Below the pieces are notes generated by a model. It saw nothing but the letters and a program-made list of their open reading frames with translations. It had not been told where the DNA came from and ran no database searches. A DNA stretch of 40,000 nucleotides, from the sequence record OR529409.1. One strand, written 5' to 3'. The stretch is from Stenotrophomonas phage BUCTxx100. Both the position numbers and the translations under genes were made by a program. Of this stretch, positions 9,565 through 17,771 are shown piece after piece; the stretch's first letter is position 1, and every line of letters begins with the position of its first letter.

Positions 9565-10359
9565 ATGGCAAATACCCCATCCGTTCGAAAGTTAACCCGA
9601 AACATCCCTAAGAGGCGATATCCTATGCAACCAGCTAACCCATGGAAAAACAACAAGCACGTTAAATCACAAGACTCAGCAAGTGTTGATCGTTACGAAT
9701 CCCTGTTACAAGAATTACCTGATGCGTTGAATGCAACCCCTCGAGATCCCGGATATCTTATAGCGACTAAAAAGATTTTATTAGTCCTGGAAATGTCTGA
9801 AGGAACCCGACTGACCGTTCGCAACGTGATGGAAAACCCAGACATGATTCGTAAGGTCCACGAGTTGTTGGTGGAGTTAGGCTGGAAGCAAGCGATTAGC
9901 CGAGGGACTCAGGTTTTCGTCACTCACCAGGATTTAATTAAACCGAGTATCTACCGCTTAATCGACCTCGACGCTAATGGGATCGGTTACGCTAACGAAC
10001 TGCTGAATAATATTTTATTAGACCGTCGGTTCAGTGCTCGGGTAGACAATAACGATATTCGAATCCTCCCAGGAGACCGTAGCGCAAGTAACCCCTTTAG
10101 CCTGCTGTCGTCTAACGTCGTCAGTGGTTGGCGTAAAGCCATACGGGATTACGACAAAAGCGTGACGGGTAATCTTATTGGACACATGACGGTTGTCGGC
10201 GAAGACAATACGAATATCCCGCTTGATTTAAAACTGGTTTTCGCTCTGCTGGATTACATTGGGTGGCCAGAAATGTATTTTACTGGCGAACAGATTTTAT
10301 TGAGTAACCCCATTGGGGATTATCAAACCCTTGAAGTGAATTTCATCGACCCTGAGTAA
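9565..10359 (+). CDS. Hypothetical protein (264 aa)
   Basis: Long ORF, dense coding, first gene after the large intergenic region. Confidence 0.75.
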   Translation: MANTPSVRKLTRNIPKRRYPMQPANPWKNNKHVKSQDSASVDRYESLLQELPDALNATPRDPGYLIATKKILLVLEMSEGTRLTVRNVMENPDMIRKVHELLVELGWKQAISRGTQVFVTHQDLIKPSIYRLIDLDANGIGYANELLNNILLDRRFSARVDNNDIRILPGDRSASNPFSLLSSNVVSGWRKAIRDYDKSVTGNLIGHMTVVGEDNTNIPLDLKLVFALLDYIGWPEMYFTGEQILLSNPIGDYQTLEVNFIDPE

Positions 10360-11340
10360 TTCCTAACGACAGAGTGATGTTATTAGTAAAGATCTTTGGA
10401 CTCCCTGTTGATTAACTAGCGACCCAACCTCATCTCTTTGAACCTCCTTACCACGAGCGAGATAGCCAAAGTAGCTAGAGATTTTCAGGGGGTTCAATCC
10501 CCATTATTCGTTAATCTTATTAGACCCATTGTCCTTAGCCATGTAGCGACGGCCATTCTCCTGTGACAGACAAGTTTTTTGTTCAATGGGATAGATTAAC
10601 GTTTTTCTTCACGTCGTGTTATCTGATGAGTCTTCGACGCTAAACAAGACGAAACCTAATGAATCTATTTTATTAGGTCATAATTCAACCTAAGCGTTGA
10701 ACGGGCAGTTAGGGGCAATGGTCCCCGAGGTCTTCAGCTTCTTCGCCTGCCCGCACTAAAAAGTTCTTTCATGATTAGGAGTGCCGCACTCTACGAGCGG
10801 ACAATAAGCAACCGAAAGTGGGAGAGAAAGAAGCGTGTCTGGTCGCTTGCCGGAAAGTTGGTTCAGGCCGGTTTCTTCCCAACCCAAACGACGCTGCCCA
10901 AGATAGGGCTGCAAGTCGTATTAGCGAATTATACCGGTATGCGGGGTTTCCGCGATAAACCGGGTTAGCTACGGGTAAGAAACCGGCCGGAGTAATCAGC
11001 CTTTCGTATTCGGGTAACGTGAGTTATTGTAGAGATATCTCTGAGGGTTAGGCCAACCCCCGACGTTCTCCGAGTCCGAAGGGAAGCTTGCTCAGCTTCG
11101 TAGGAACTCCAAAATCTCAGACGGTCACACCTCGCAATCTTACGGCAGTATGATTGCCTATTCGTCCTTTGTCGCTCACCAAGGGGCGAGTAGGAAACCT
11201 CTGCCACGGCGTTTCGTTTGCCTTTTACCATTGCTTTTGTTATAACCTCTCTGTTTGAGTTGAGTGTTAACTTCCCCAAGAGTATAACCTGTTATCTCTC
11301 TCTTCGTGAGAAGTCGGAGATAATGGGGTAAATTCTTAGG
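10360..11340 (+). ncRNA. Candidate large structured non-coding RNA of unknown class
   Basis: About 1 kb without a convincing ORF in a dense genome, with many local stems, e.g. ACCTAAT/ATTAGGT (10654-10660/10672-10678), CGGGCAG/CTGCCCG (10702-10708/10747-10753), CTATTCGTCC/GGGCGAGTAG (11158-11167/11184-11193), GCAATC/GATTGC (11134-11139/11152-11157), TTATCTC/GAGATAA (11292-11298/11317-11323). Boundaries approximate. Confidence 0.6.
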
Positions 11341-11349
11341 AGGTTCGTT

Positions 11350-11538
11350 ATGTACACATACCAGTATACCGTGCGATACCGAATACCTAATTCTGTGTTT
11401 ACGACTTACAGCGGAGAAATTACTTCCGACTGTTTGCTCACTAACGCTAATCGCATCTTTGACGTTTTGCGCACTGAGGTTCATAAAGCTACTAACGTTA
11501 ACTCGTTTAGCATTACGAACTTTAAGCTGAAAGAATAA
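11350..11538 (+). CDS. Hypothetical small protein (62 aa)
   Basis: TTAGGAGGTTCGTT ATG gives a strong Shine-Dalgarno; non-repetitive protein sequence. Confidence 0.6.
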   Translation: MYTYQYTVRYRIPNSVFTTYSGEITSDCLLTNANRIFDVLRTEVHKATNVNSFSITNFKLKE

Positions 11539-11707
11539 GTCGAGCTACGCGCTCAACCTACCTTAGGGCCGGAAGTAGTTACGACTTAGGGGGAAAGAAG
11601 AGTCGTGCCTTTAAGTACCCCAACCCAATTCGTGTGGTGATCTCTCACATCATCTCATGAATATCGCCACATCATCATTAAAGTTCTACCATGAATTTTT
11701 ATTCCTT

Positions 11708-11736
11708 CCAGTAGGGTTCGGCCCTACTGGACTTTT
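11708..11736 (+). terminator. Hairpin terminator upstream of the PhuZ-like gene
   Basis: CCAGTAGGG-TTCGG-CCCTACTGG followed by ACTTTTTT. Confidence 0.85.
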
Positions 11737-11869
11737 TTCGCGTTTTTTAAATCGGCAGTTGTTTAATTATGTCAGAACTAGATTTTTTCAGTTCTAAATT
11801 ATGGTAATGTAAAGCAAAAGATAATGCTTTCCATTCCAACTATCATAATTTCTTTTAGGAGCTAGATCA

Positions 11870-12832
11870 ATGAGTACATTACGTGTTTACGCGTGCGGCG
11901 GTACTGGTATTAATATCGCGTCTAAATGGATTGCCACCGGTGCGAATACGCTTATTCGTAAAGCCCAGTTCATCGGACTGGATAGCAGTGAAAACAACAA
12001 ACCGTATAATGACGCCTTTAAGGTCGAACGTCCTGAAGGAACTCGTGGCGGCGGTAAGGAACGTAAGCTGATCGGTAAAATTGCCGCCGGGTTTATTGAC
12101 AGTATTTTGACCAAACATAAACCGGGCGATTTCAACCTGATCATCATGAACGCGGCAGGCGCTACCGGGAGTACGTTCGGCCCGACTCTGATCAATCGTC
12201 TCCTCTCCCAGGGGGTCCCTGTCATCGCCCTGGTCGTAGGCGACCTGACCTCGGAACTGGAAAACTACAACACAGTTAAAACGTTTGAAAGCCTGGACAA
12301 CCAGCGCATCAATCTGAACGTACCGGTTATCATCGACTACGTGGACAACGCCAAATATCCCAGCCGCGGATTGGCCGACAAATACGCCATCGGCCGTCTT
12401 GATATCCTGAGCCTGTTCTTAACCGACGAACATGAAGAAAGTGATTTCCAAGACATCCGGAACCTGTTCTATTACAACCAGGTTACCAAGGCGGCACCTA
12501 CTCTTGCTCGTATCGACTTCTTGACCGATACTCAGTTAGACAACGTTACTCCAGGCCTGGTTGCTGAATTTGGTTTGTATCGTAAAGCGGACGACATCGG
12601 CAGCCATATTAAAAATCTGGCATACCGTTCGACCGGCGTTATTCAGGAAGGTAGCACTAACTTCCCGGCTGGAATAGAACATCTCCACATGGTCTTTGAT
12701 CATGATGCGACGATCAAAGATATCCTGGTTCTGGTTCAGGATCTTAAAGATATCGAGATCCAAAATAACGAACGTTTTAAATCTGCCCAGCAGGTTGGAA
12801 ACGGCGGTGATGATTCCGGAATGTCCTACTAA
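11870..12832 (+). CDS. phuZ: PhuZ-like phage tubulin/FtsZ-superfamily GTPase (320 aa)
   Basis: N-term ACGGTGINIASK, then TRGGGKERK, tubulin signature-like loop NAAGATGSTFGPTLINRLLSQGVPVIALVVGD, and a NTVKTFESL segment; arrangement matches the PhuZ family. TTTTAGGAG upstream of ATG. Confidence 0.85.
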   Translation: MSTLRVYACGGTGINIASKWIATGANTLIRKAQFIGLDSSENNKPYNDAFKVERPEGTRGGGKERKLIGKIAAGFIDSILTKHKPGDFNLIIMNAAGATGSTFGPTLINRLLSQGVPVIALVVGDLTSELENYNTVKTFESLDNQRINLNVPVIIDYVDNAKYPSRGLADKYAIGRLDILSLFLTDEHEESDFQDIRNLFYYNQVTKAAPTLARIDFLTDTQLDNVTPGLVAEFGLYRKADDIGSHIKNLAYRSTGVIQEGSTNFPAGIEHLHMVFDHDATIKDILVLVQDLKDIEIQNNERFKSAQQVGNGGDDSGMSY

Positions 12833-12842
12833 GTAAAACAAT

Positions 12843-12875
12843 ACTGCTACAGCCCTTCTATGGGGCTGTAGCAGT
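12843..12875 (+). terminator. Hairpin terminator after the PhuZ-like gene
   Basis: ACTGCTACAGCCC / GGGCTGTAGCAGT (13 bp) followed by AGTTCTTTATTTTTT. Confidence 0.85.
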
Positions 12876-12946
12876 AGTTCTTTATTTTTTGCATCTATCT
12901 ATAGGTCTAATTAAAAAGTCGCTTATAAACCTTTACAGGAAGCTTT

Positions 12947-13252
12947 ATGATAAAAACAACCAGAGTGGTTAAAACGTTGAGTTTTCGCGAATATCATTCT
13001 GTGATACTTAATGTCGATAGTAACGTTGCTACAGCAGAAAGGTTGCTCCTCAAGGAGGCTTTAATCGAACACGGTTATCAGATCGACGACGGGTTACCCG
13101 AGAGCTATCCTTATTATCCAGAATCACTAAGGGAATTCAGAGATATGTTGAAGACCAGTATCGGACACATGACTTTGGGAATTCCCACGAACGCCAAGGT
13201 CGAATACATCAGTCCTACACTTGGACTCTTCAATATCATTTTTACTTACTAA
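12947..13252 (+). CDS. Hypothetical protein (101 aa)
   Basis: ORF with upstream AGGAAGCTTT; same direction as neighbours. Confidence 0.65.
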   Translation: MIKTTRVVKTLSFREYHSVILNVDSNVATAERLLLKEALIEHGYQIDDGLPESYPYYPESLREFRDMLKTSIGHMTLGIPTNAKVEYISPTLGLFNIIFTY

Positions 13253-13268
13253 CAGCAGGTGAGCTAAT

Positions 13269-13841
13269 ATGTACTCAGTGGGATCGGAATGGCTTAAGGA
13301 CCAAATTTTAACATTTGGTTATTCAGTAGAAGAAACTTCCGACGGGGACCCGAAGCAGTTAACGAGTTTTATTCGACCTATTATCGATGGTGTGGTCGAA
13401 GCGTTGAATGCGGACGACCCCGATGACATCTGGGATATTATCAGACGTTTTGAGCGGGCAATGGCAGGCAACCATGCCGTCGAGCACATCTTTAACTACC
13501 TTACTACTAACGTAAGAAAGATGGCTAAACAATCTGGTTACGACCCTAGGGTTAAGTTTAGAGTCAGAGAAGTCAAAGCGGGACGCCGGATAAATTTCAT
13601 TTTTGAAATGGATCTCGACGCAACAATAGCAGCGGTTAATTCTCTTAATCAAGAAATACTCGAAGAAGAAGATCTCGATGAAATTGTTTCCGATCACCCA
13701 GGAGTTGACGTACTTCAAAAACTTGAAAACGTTAGGAAAAGGGAACTACAAGAAAAACTTAATTCCTTTACACGAAATGTACTCGGAGTTCGTGTCGTCC
13801 CAGCGGGAGCTAGCCGACGTTACCTTAATAAAGGAGTCTGA
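13269..13841 (+). CDS. Hypothetical protein (190 aa)
   Basis: AGCAGGTGAGC upstream of ATG; acidic helical protein. Confidence 0.7.
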   Translation: MYSVGSEWLKDQILTFGYSVEETSDGDPKQLTSFIRPIIDGVVEALNADDPDDIWDIIRRFERAMAGNHAVEHIFNYLTTNVRKMAKQSGYDPRVKFRVREVKAGRRINFIFEMDLDATIAAVNSLNQEILEEEDLDEIVSDHPGVDVLQKLENVRKRELQEKLNSFTRNVLGVRVVPAGASRRYLNKGV

Positions 13842-14193
13842 CCTAGAAATCGTTTTTGGTGGATTGATACAGTACGTTATGGATGAGTTCCCCTTGTCTA
13901 CTCAGTGTATAACTTTTGATCAAACCTCTTTCGATAAAAGGATAGCGAGAAAACATTATTCTTCGGAAGTACTCGAGGAAATATTGGACGCAATGAAATG
14001 TGTAATAGCTAAACATATTTATGCGCTCACTCCTAACACTTTAATTAGAAAGCCAGTGTTCTATCATCTGATTAATACTCGCGTATTGGCAATCCTTATA
14101 AGTGATTACGATCTAAGAGAGCCCGACCATGCATCGTATCCTCGTTCCAGTAAAACCCATCGCAGACGCAATGACGACTTTCCAACTCCCTGA
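13678..14193 (+). CDS. Hypothetical protein; true start probably downstream of 13840
   Basis: The 5' part overlaps the previous CDS by ~160 nt; a GGAG near 13830 and ATG near 13878 (MDEFPLSTQCITF...) suggest a shorter protein. Confidence 0.5.
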   Translation: MKLFPITQELTYFKNLKTLGKGNYKKNLIPLHEMYSEFVSSQRELADVTLIKESDLEIVFGGLIQYVMDEFPLSTQCITFDQTSFDKRIARKHYSSEVLEEILDAMKCVIAKHIYALTPNTLIRKPVFYHLINTRVLAILISDYDLREPDHASYPRSSKTHRRRNDDFPTP

Positions 14194-14497
14194 GATTGGT
14201 GCGATGTCACATAACCAGTTATTAGAAATGATTGTGAAATTGAGCTTAGAAGCTCGTTTTAAATCTTACGGACTTTCTGGTGCGATTGATATCATCAAGG
14301 ATTTAATCTACGCGTTTAAACCAAAGGATTCAGTCCCGGACATCCTATTGGGTTTTTACCTTCTCCCGGGAATGGTCGCATTAACGGAAGAAATGACTGC
14401 GATTGAGAAAGCCAGGGATGTTTTCGGATGGGACCTTTATTGTCCTAACATGAAGTCACAACATATTGTCGTCTATGCGGGAGAACCACGTGCCTAA
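14129..14497 (+). CDS. Hypothetical protein (122 aa, start uncertain)
   Basis: ORF overlapping the previous one; an internal ATG at 14171 (MTTFQLPEIG...) is possible. Confidence 0.6.
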   Translation: MHRILVPVKPIADAMTTFQLPEIGAMSHNQLLEMIVKLSLEARFKSYGLSGAIDIIKDLIYAFKPKDSVPDILLGFYLLPGMVALTEEMTAIEKARDVFGWDLYCPNMKSQHIVVYAGEPRA

Positions 14498-14822
14498 GAT
14501 AACTATTCAACTTTCAATACCGCCGGGAACCGATGTGGAAGGATTTGTTTCTGCATATGGCAGTCTCTTAAGAGCACATCGGGTTAAATGTAATATCCCT
14601 AGTCAGGATGTTCAGCTTAACCATCCGTTGGAAGAAGCCCGGGAACAAATTCTGGGAGACTTCCAACGTACCAACTCCCAGCTTCAGTCGATCAGTGCTA
14701 AATACGCAGACGTCTCGGTGTCCAATGTTCTTTCAGACGGGCGCAAGATGACTATCATTTTAGCGTGCGACAAACCCAATAGTGAGTTCATCAATGCGGA
14801 TTTCTCACACCAGTCTCAATGA
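14490..14822 (+). CDS. Hypothetical protein, probable GTG start (VPKITIQLSIPPGTD...)
   Basis: GGGAGAACCAC GTG reads through the previous stop region; the track start at 14466 lies inside the upstream CDS. Confidence 0.55.
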   Translation: MPKITIQLSIPPGTDVEGFVSAYGSLLRAHRVKCNIPSQDVQLNHPLEEAREQILGDFQRTNSQLQSISAKYADVSVSNVLSDGRKMTIILACDKPNSEFINADFSHQSQ

Positions 14823-15111
14823 AGAAGCTTTCCTGGAGGCTATCAAACAAATTTATTTGAGAGATGACCCCCTTCCTTCTGATCAGACAATTTACGAAGT
14901 CGTTTCCGAATGGGTTGATGATCTCTTTCAAAATGGTCATGTGGAAGAAGATGTCATTGACCTTTTTCTAGATGGGCTCCCACCCACAGAGCTTTTGAAA
15001 TCCGTAACGGTACATCCTCTTTTTAGGAAGCGGGTAGTTTATTCCGTTAATCCTTTAAATGGTATGACTGAAACTGTGGGGTTCCCCTTAATCATTCTGG
15101 AGTACGTATGA
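14782..15111 (+). CDS. Hypothetical protein (start uncertain)
   Basis: Overlapping-start operon arrangement. Confidence 0.55.
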   Translation: MSSSMRISHTSLNEEAFLEAIKQIYLRDDPLPSDQTIYEVVSEWVDDLFQNGHVEEDVIDLFLDGLPPTELLKSVTVHPLFRKRVVYSVNPLNGMTETVGFPLIILEYV

Positions 15112-15521
15112 CCATTAGTGTGAAGAACGGGGATATTGTTAGTTTTTCCCTGGTACAAGCAAACATCATCAACAACGATTACACCAACGTAACCGTATTA
15201 GGCCAAGGAATGTTCGACGTTGCTCGGGGAATTGATCCGGAGCTTCGCAATAAACATTACAACCTTTATCCGTATTTCAAGGATAAAGTTAACAACGTGG
15301 ACGATCCTAACTATGCGGATGGTTATCTGATCTTAAAGCTATCCAACGGTGAGCTCAGCGCAATTGGGGTGCCTTGGATCAACGAAGATACCTTTGAGGT
15401 CATCAGCGGAGAAACCCGTGTTTACACATTCCCTACCTGGAAAAGTAAATATGAGTCAAGTCTGCATGAGCTCTTGGCTAACCTCGGCGTCGAATATTCC
15501 TATACCAGTACCAAAAAATAA
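15108..15521 (+). CDS. Hypothetical protein (137 aa)
   Basis: ATGA overlap with previous stop; followed by a terminator. Confidence 0.7.
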   Translation: MTISVKNGDIVSFSLVQANIINNDYTNVTVLGQGMFDVARGIDPELRNKHYNLYPYFKDKVNNVDDPNYADGYLILKLSNGELSAIGVPWINEDTFEVISGETRVYTFPTWKSKYESSLHELLANLGVEYSYTSTKK

Positions 15522-15524
15522 ACC

Positions 15525-15556
15525 GTTACTCTCATCCCATTAGGGATGAGAGTAAC
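15525..15556 (+). terminator. Hairpin terminator
   Basis: GTTACTCTCATCCC-ATTA-GGGATGAGAGTAAC followed by CTCTTTTATTATTATTTTTTT. Confidence 0.85.
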
Positions 15557-15640
15557 CTCTTTTATTATTATTTTTTTATTGTCATTCCTTTTTATTAGAC
15601 GAAAACAATTTTAAATTTTAAAGTGAAACGGAGCTTAAAG

Positions 15641-17725
15641 ATGACTGAGACTTTTTTAAGTCCGTTTGTTGATGACGATTACAGTGCCGATAGGAATATC
15701 GTTAAACACTATCATGAACAAATGGCTTTGTATCTTGGTAAAAAGCGCAATGAAGATCCTAAAGCTATTTACGAAGTACTTTCTAAACACATCCAGCCCA
15801 ATCAAAACGGTTATAAAGATCGTCGTATGCAGGTTTTAGTAAAAAACAAGTACGGCGATAGAGAAGTTAAAGTCATGACGGCGTCTAATTTCTTTAATGA
15901 AGTTAGACGTCAGAACTGCCATCTTAGCCCAAGTATGGTTGCTTACAAGAACACTGAAGAAGAGCAATCCGTTAACGCGATAGGAACAGAAAAATTTCTT
16001 AGCCTTCGGTCTCACTACAAGGGGTTAAAACAAAAGGCCAGTGACGAAGGTGATGAATGGGGTAAGAAGGCTTTCCACGAAATTCAAAACGCCTTGAAAA
16101 TATTCAACAACGCTCAATCAGGCGCAATGTCATCCCGTGGGACTCCTCTTGTTAATAAGTCAGGTCATACTGCTCTGACTAGTGCTTGCCGTGCTTTGAC
16201 CAGTACCGCTAACATGTGTAATGAAAAGTTATTGGTCGGTAACCGATTCTTTAACTCGTACGAGCGAACGATGGAGAACTTACTGTCGTTACTCTCGGTT
16301 ACTGATATGAAGCGAATGGACGAAGTCATCAAGAAACTGAAGATGAACTACGCGACCATAGACCAGGTTATGGAAATGGTCAAACGTTGTTCTCGTCGGT
16401 ATTGGAGAGACGTTAAACAGCTCGGTTACATTAAAGAGTTTTTGGAACAACTTCGTCCGGTTGAATTAACGGCTTTGCTTTGCAATATGGATATCGAGGG
16501 ATTGAGGGTTACGAATAAAGAAATCCTTTATAAATTCTTTGATGACTTCTCTCATATACCGGAAGTTCCAGAAGGCGCTAAAGCTGAAGATTATACTCCG
16601 CCTGATAACGGGGACCGATACACACTTTGTGTTTCTAAACTCTTAGCGAAACCAAGCAAAGTTCAGTTAAACTTTTTAAACCAGTATCATCTGGAAATGG
16701 AACATAAATGGAAAGACTTTATTGAAGTCTTCTTTAAATGCTCCATTCCTCCATCGGGCATTTATGAAATCAGGGATATGATCCGAGAGGTAGTTCAAAC
16801 CTCAGATACCGATTCCTCGATTTACACCGTAGATAAAGTCGTAGAGGATTACACCGACGAAAAAGGACAATCGTTGAGATTGAATGGGGTCCTTACTTAC
16901 TTCATTCGAATGATAGCGGTTCATCAGCACGCTCAGTTAAGTGAAAACATGAACGTTGCTAAACGCTACCGTAATCGTCTGACGATGAAGAACGAGTACC
17001 TGTTTGGAGGATACGTTACAACATTAATGTCAAAACACTATTTTGCCACACAGCTGATGGTAGAAGGGGTATTGAATAAAAATGTTGAAATGGAAATTAA
17101 GGGTGTTCACTTAAGGAGTTCTAAAGTAGCTCATGAGATAAAGGATTTTGCACACAAACTCATGAGGGAGATATTGGATTGTATTTATGACAAACGTCAA
17201 ATGGATGCAGCCGATATTCTCTTTAGAGCAGCAGAGTTAGAAAGGGCCATCATTAAGGATATCAACGAAGGCCAATGGGGTTGGTTAACACGCAACACCA
17301 TAAAAAGTGATGACGTGTACACATTGCCGGATCAATCTGTGTATCAATACCACTTACTCTGGGAAGAAGTGTTCTCTCCTAAATACGGGCATGCGCCACC
17401 ACCGCCCTATTCTGCTATGAAAGTTAACCTTTATTTAGGTAATAAAGGTAAGGTCGAAGAGTTTTGTAAGGATCTGGAAGACAGAGAACTTGCAAATCGT
17501 TTATTAGATTTCTTCGTTAAGAAAGAGAAAAAAGAAATCAGTACTTTCTTTGTTCCTGCTGACGTATTACCAAGATTAGGTAAATTACCCGATGAAGTTA
17601 TTAAAGCCGCGGATATCCGACAGATCATTAAACAGAACTTGAAATCTGTTTATGCTGTTTTGGAAGCCTGTGGTTTGTATATCGTAAACGATAAAATAAC
17701 GCGTTTAATTAGTGACGAGCATTAA
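15641..17725 (+). CDS. Family-B DNA polymerase, C-terminal palm/thumb part (motifs B and C only)
   Basis: Motif B-like FHEIQNALKIFNNAQSGAM followed by SGHTALTSACRALTS; motif C-like VQTSDTDSSIYTVD. No recognisable motif A (DxxSLYPS) or exonuclease region. ATG at 15641 preceded by CGGAG is the likelier start than GTG 15623. Confidence 0.7.
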   Translation: MTETFLSPFVDDDYSADRNIVKHYHEQMALYLGKKRNEDPKAIYEVLSKHIQPNQNGYKDRRMQVLVKNKYGDREVKVMTASNFFNEVRRQNCHLSPSMVAYKNTEEEQSVNAIGTEKFLSLRSHYKGLKQKASDEGDEWGKKAFHEIQNALKIFNNAQSGAMSSRGTPLVNKSGHTALTSACRALTSTANMCNEKLLVGNRFFNSYERTMENLLSLLSVTDMKRMDEVIKKLKMNYATIDQVMEMVKRCSRRYWRDVKQLGYIKEFLEQLRPVELTALLCNMDIEGLRVTNKEILYKFFDDFSHIPEVPEGAKAEDYTPPDNGDRYTLCVSKLLAKPSKVQLNFLNQYHLEMEHKWKDFIEVFFKCSIPPSGIYEIRDMIREVVQTSDTDSSIYTVDKVVEDYTDEKGQSLRLNGVLTYFIRMIAVHQHAQLSENMNVAKRYRNRLTMKNEYLFGGYVTTLMSKHYFATQLMVEGVLNKNVEMEIKGVHLRSSKVAHEIKDFAHKLMREILDCIYDKRQMDAADILFRAAELERAIIKDINEGQWGWLTRNTIKSDDVYTLPDQSVYQYHLLWEEVFSPKYGHAPPPPYSAMKVNLYLGNKGKVEEFCKDLEDRELANRLLDFFVKKEKKEISTFFVPADVLPRLGKLPDEVIKAADIRQIIKQNLKSVYAVLEACGLYIVNDKITRLISDEH

Positions 17726-17728
17726 ACT

Positions 17729-17761
17729 CTACTCCTACTCCCGATAAGGGAGTAGGAGTAG
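17729..17761. terminator. Bidirectional hairpin terminator between convergent genes
   Basis: CTACTCCTACTCCC-GATAA-GGGAGTAGGAGTAG, 14-bp stem. Confidence 0.85.
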
Positions 17762-17771
17762 TTATTATGAA

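Noticed and set aside
10441-10520. Complete tRNA gene
   Set aside because: T-arm-like sequence is present but there is no anticodon arm and the acceptor pairing is poor; kept only as a curiosity finding.
10934-10963. Group II intron domain V-like hairpin (CCGGTATGCGGGGTTTCCGCGATAAACCGG)
   Set aside because: Resembles a GxTATGCGG hairpin but lacks the AGC triad, GNRA loop and bulge placement; no reverse transcriptase or other intron domains found.
10771-10968. 65-aa plus-strand ORF MIRSAALYERTISNRK...
   Set aside because: Lies inside the hairpin-rich region, spans paired segments, composition like translated structured RNA. Not fully excluded, since AGGAG lies close downstream of the ATG rather than upstream.
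10965-11484. Minus-strand ORFs of 104 and 102 aa
   Set aside because: Overlap the structured region and the 62-aa plus ORF; no RBS support.
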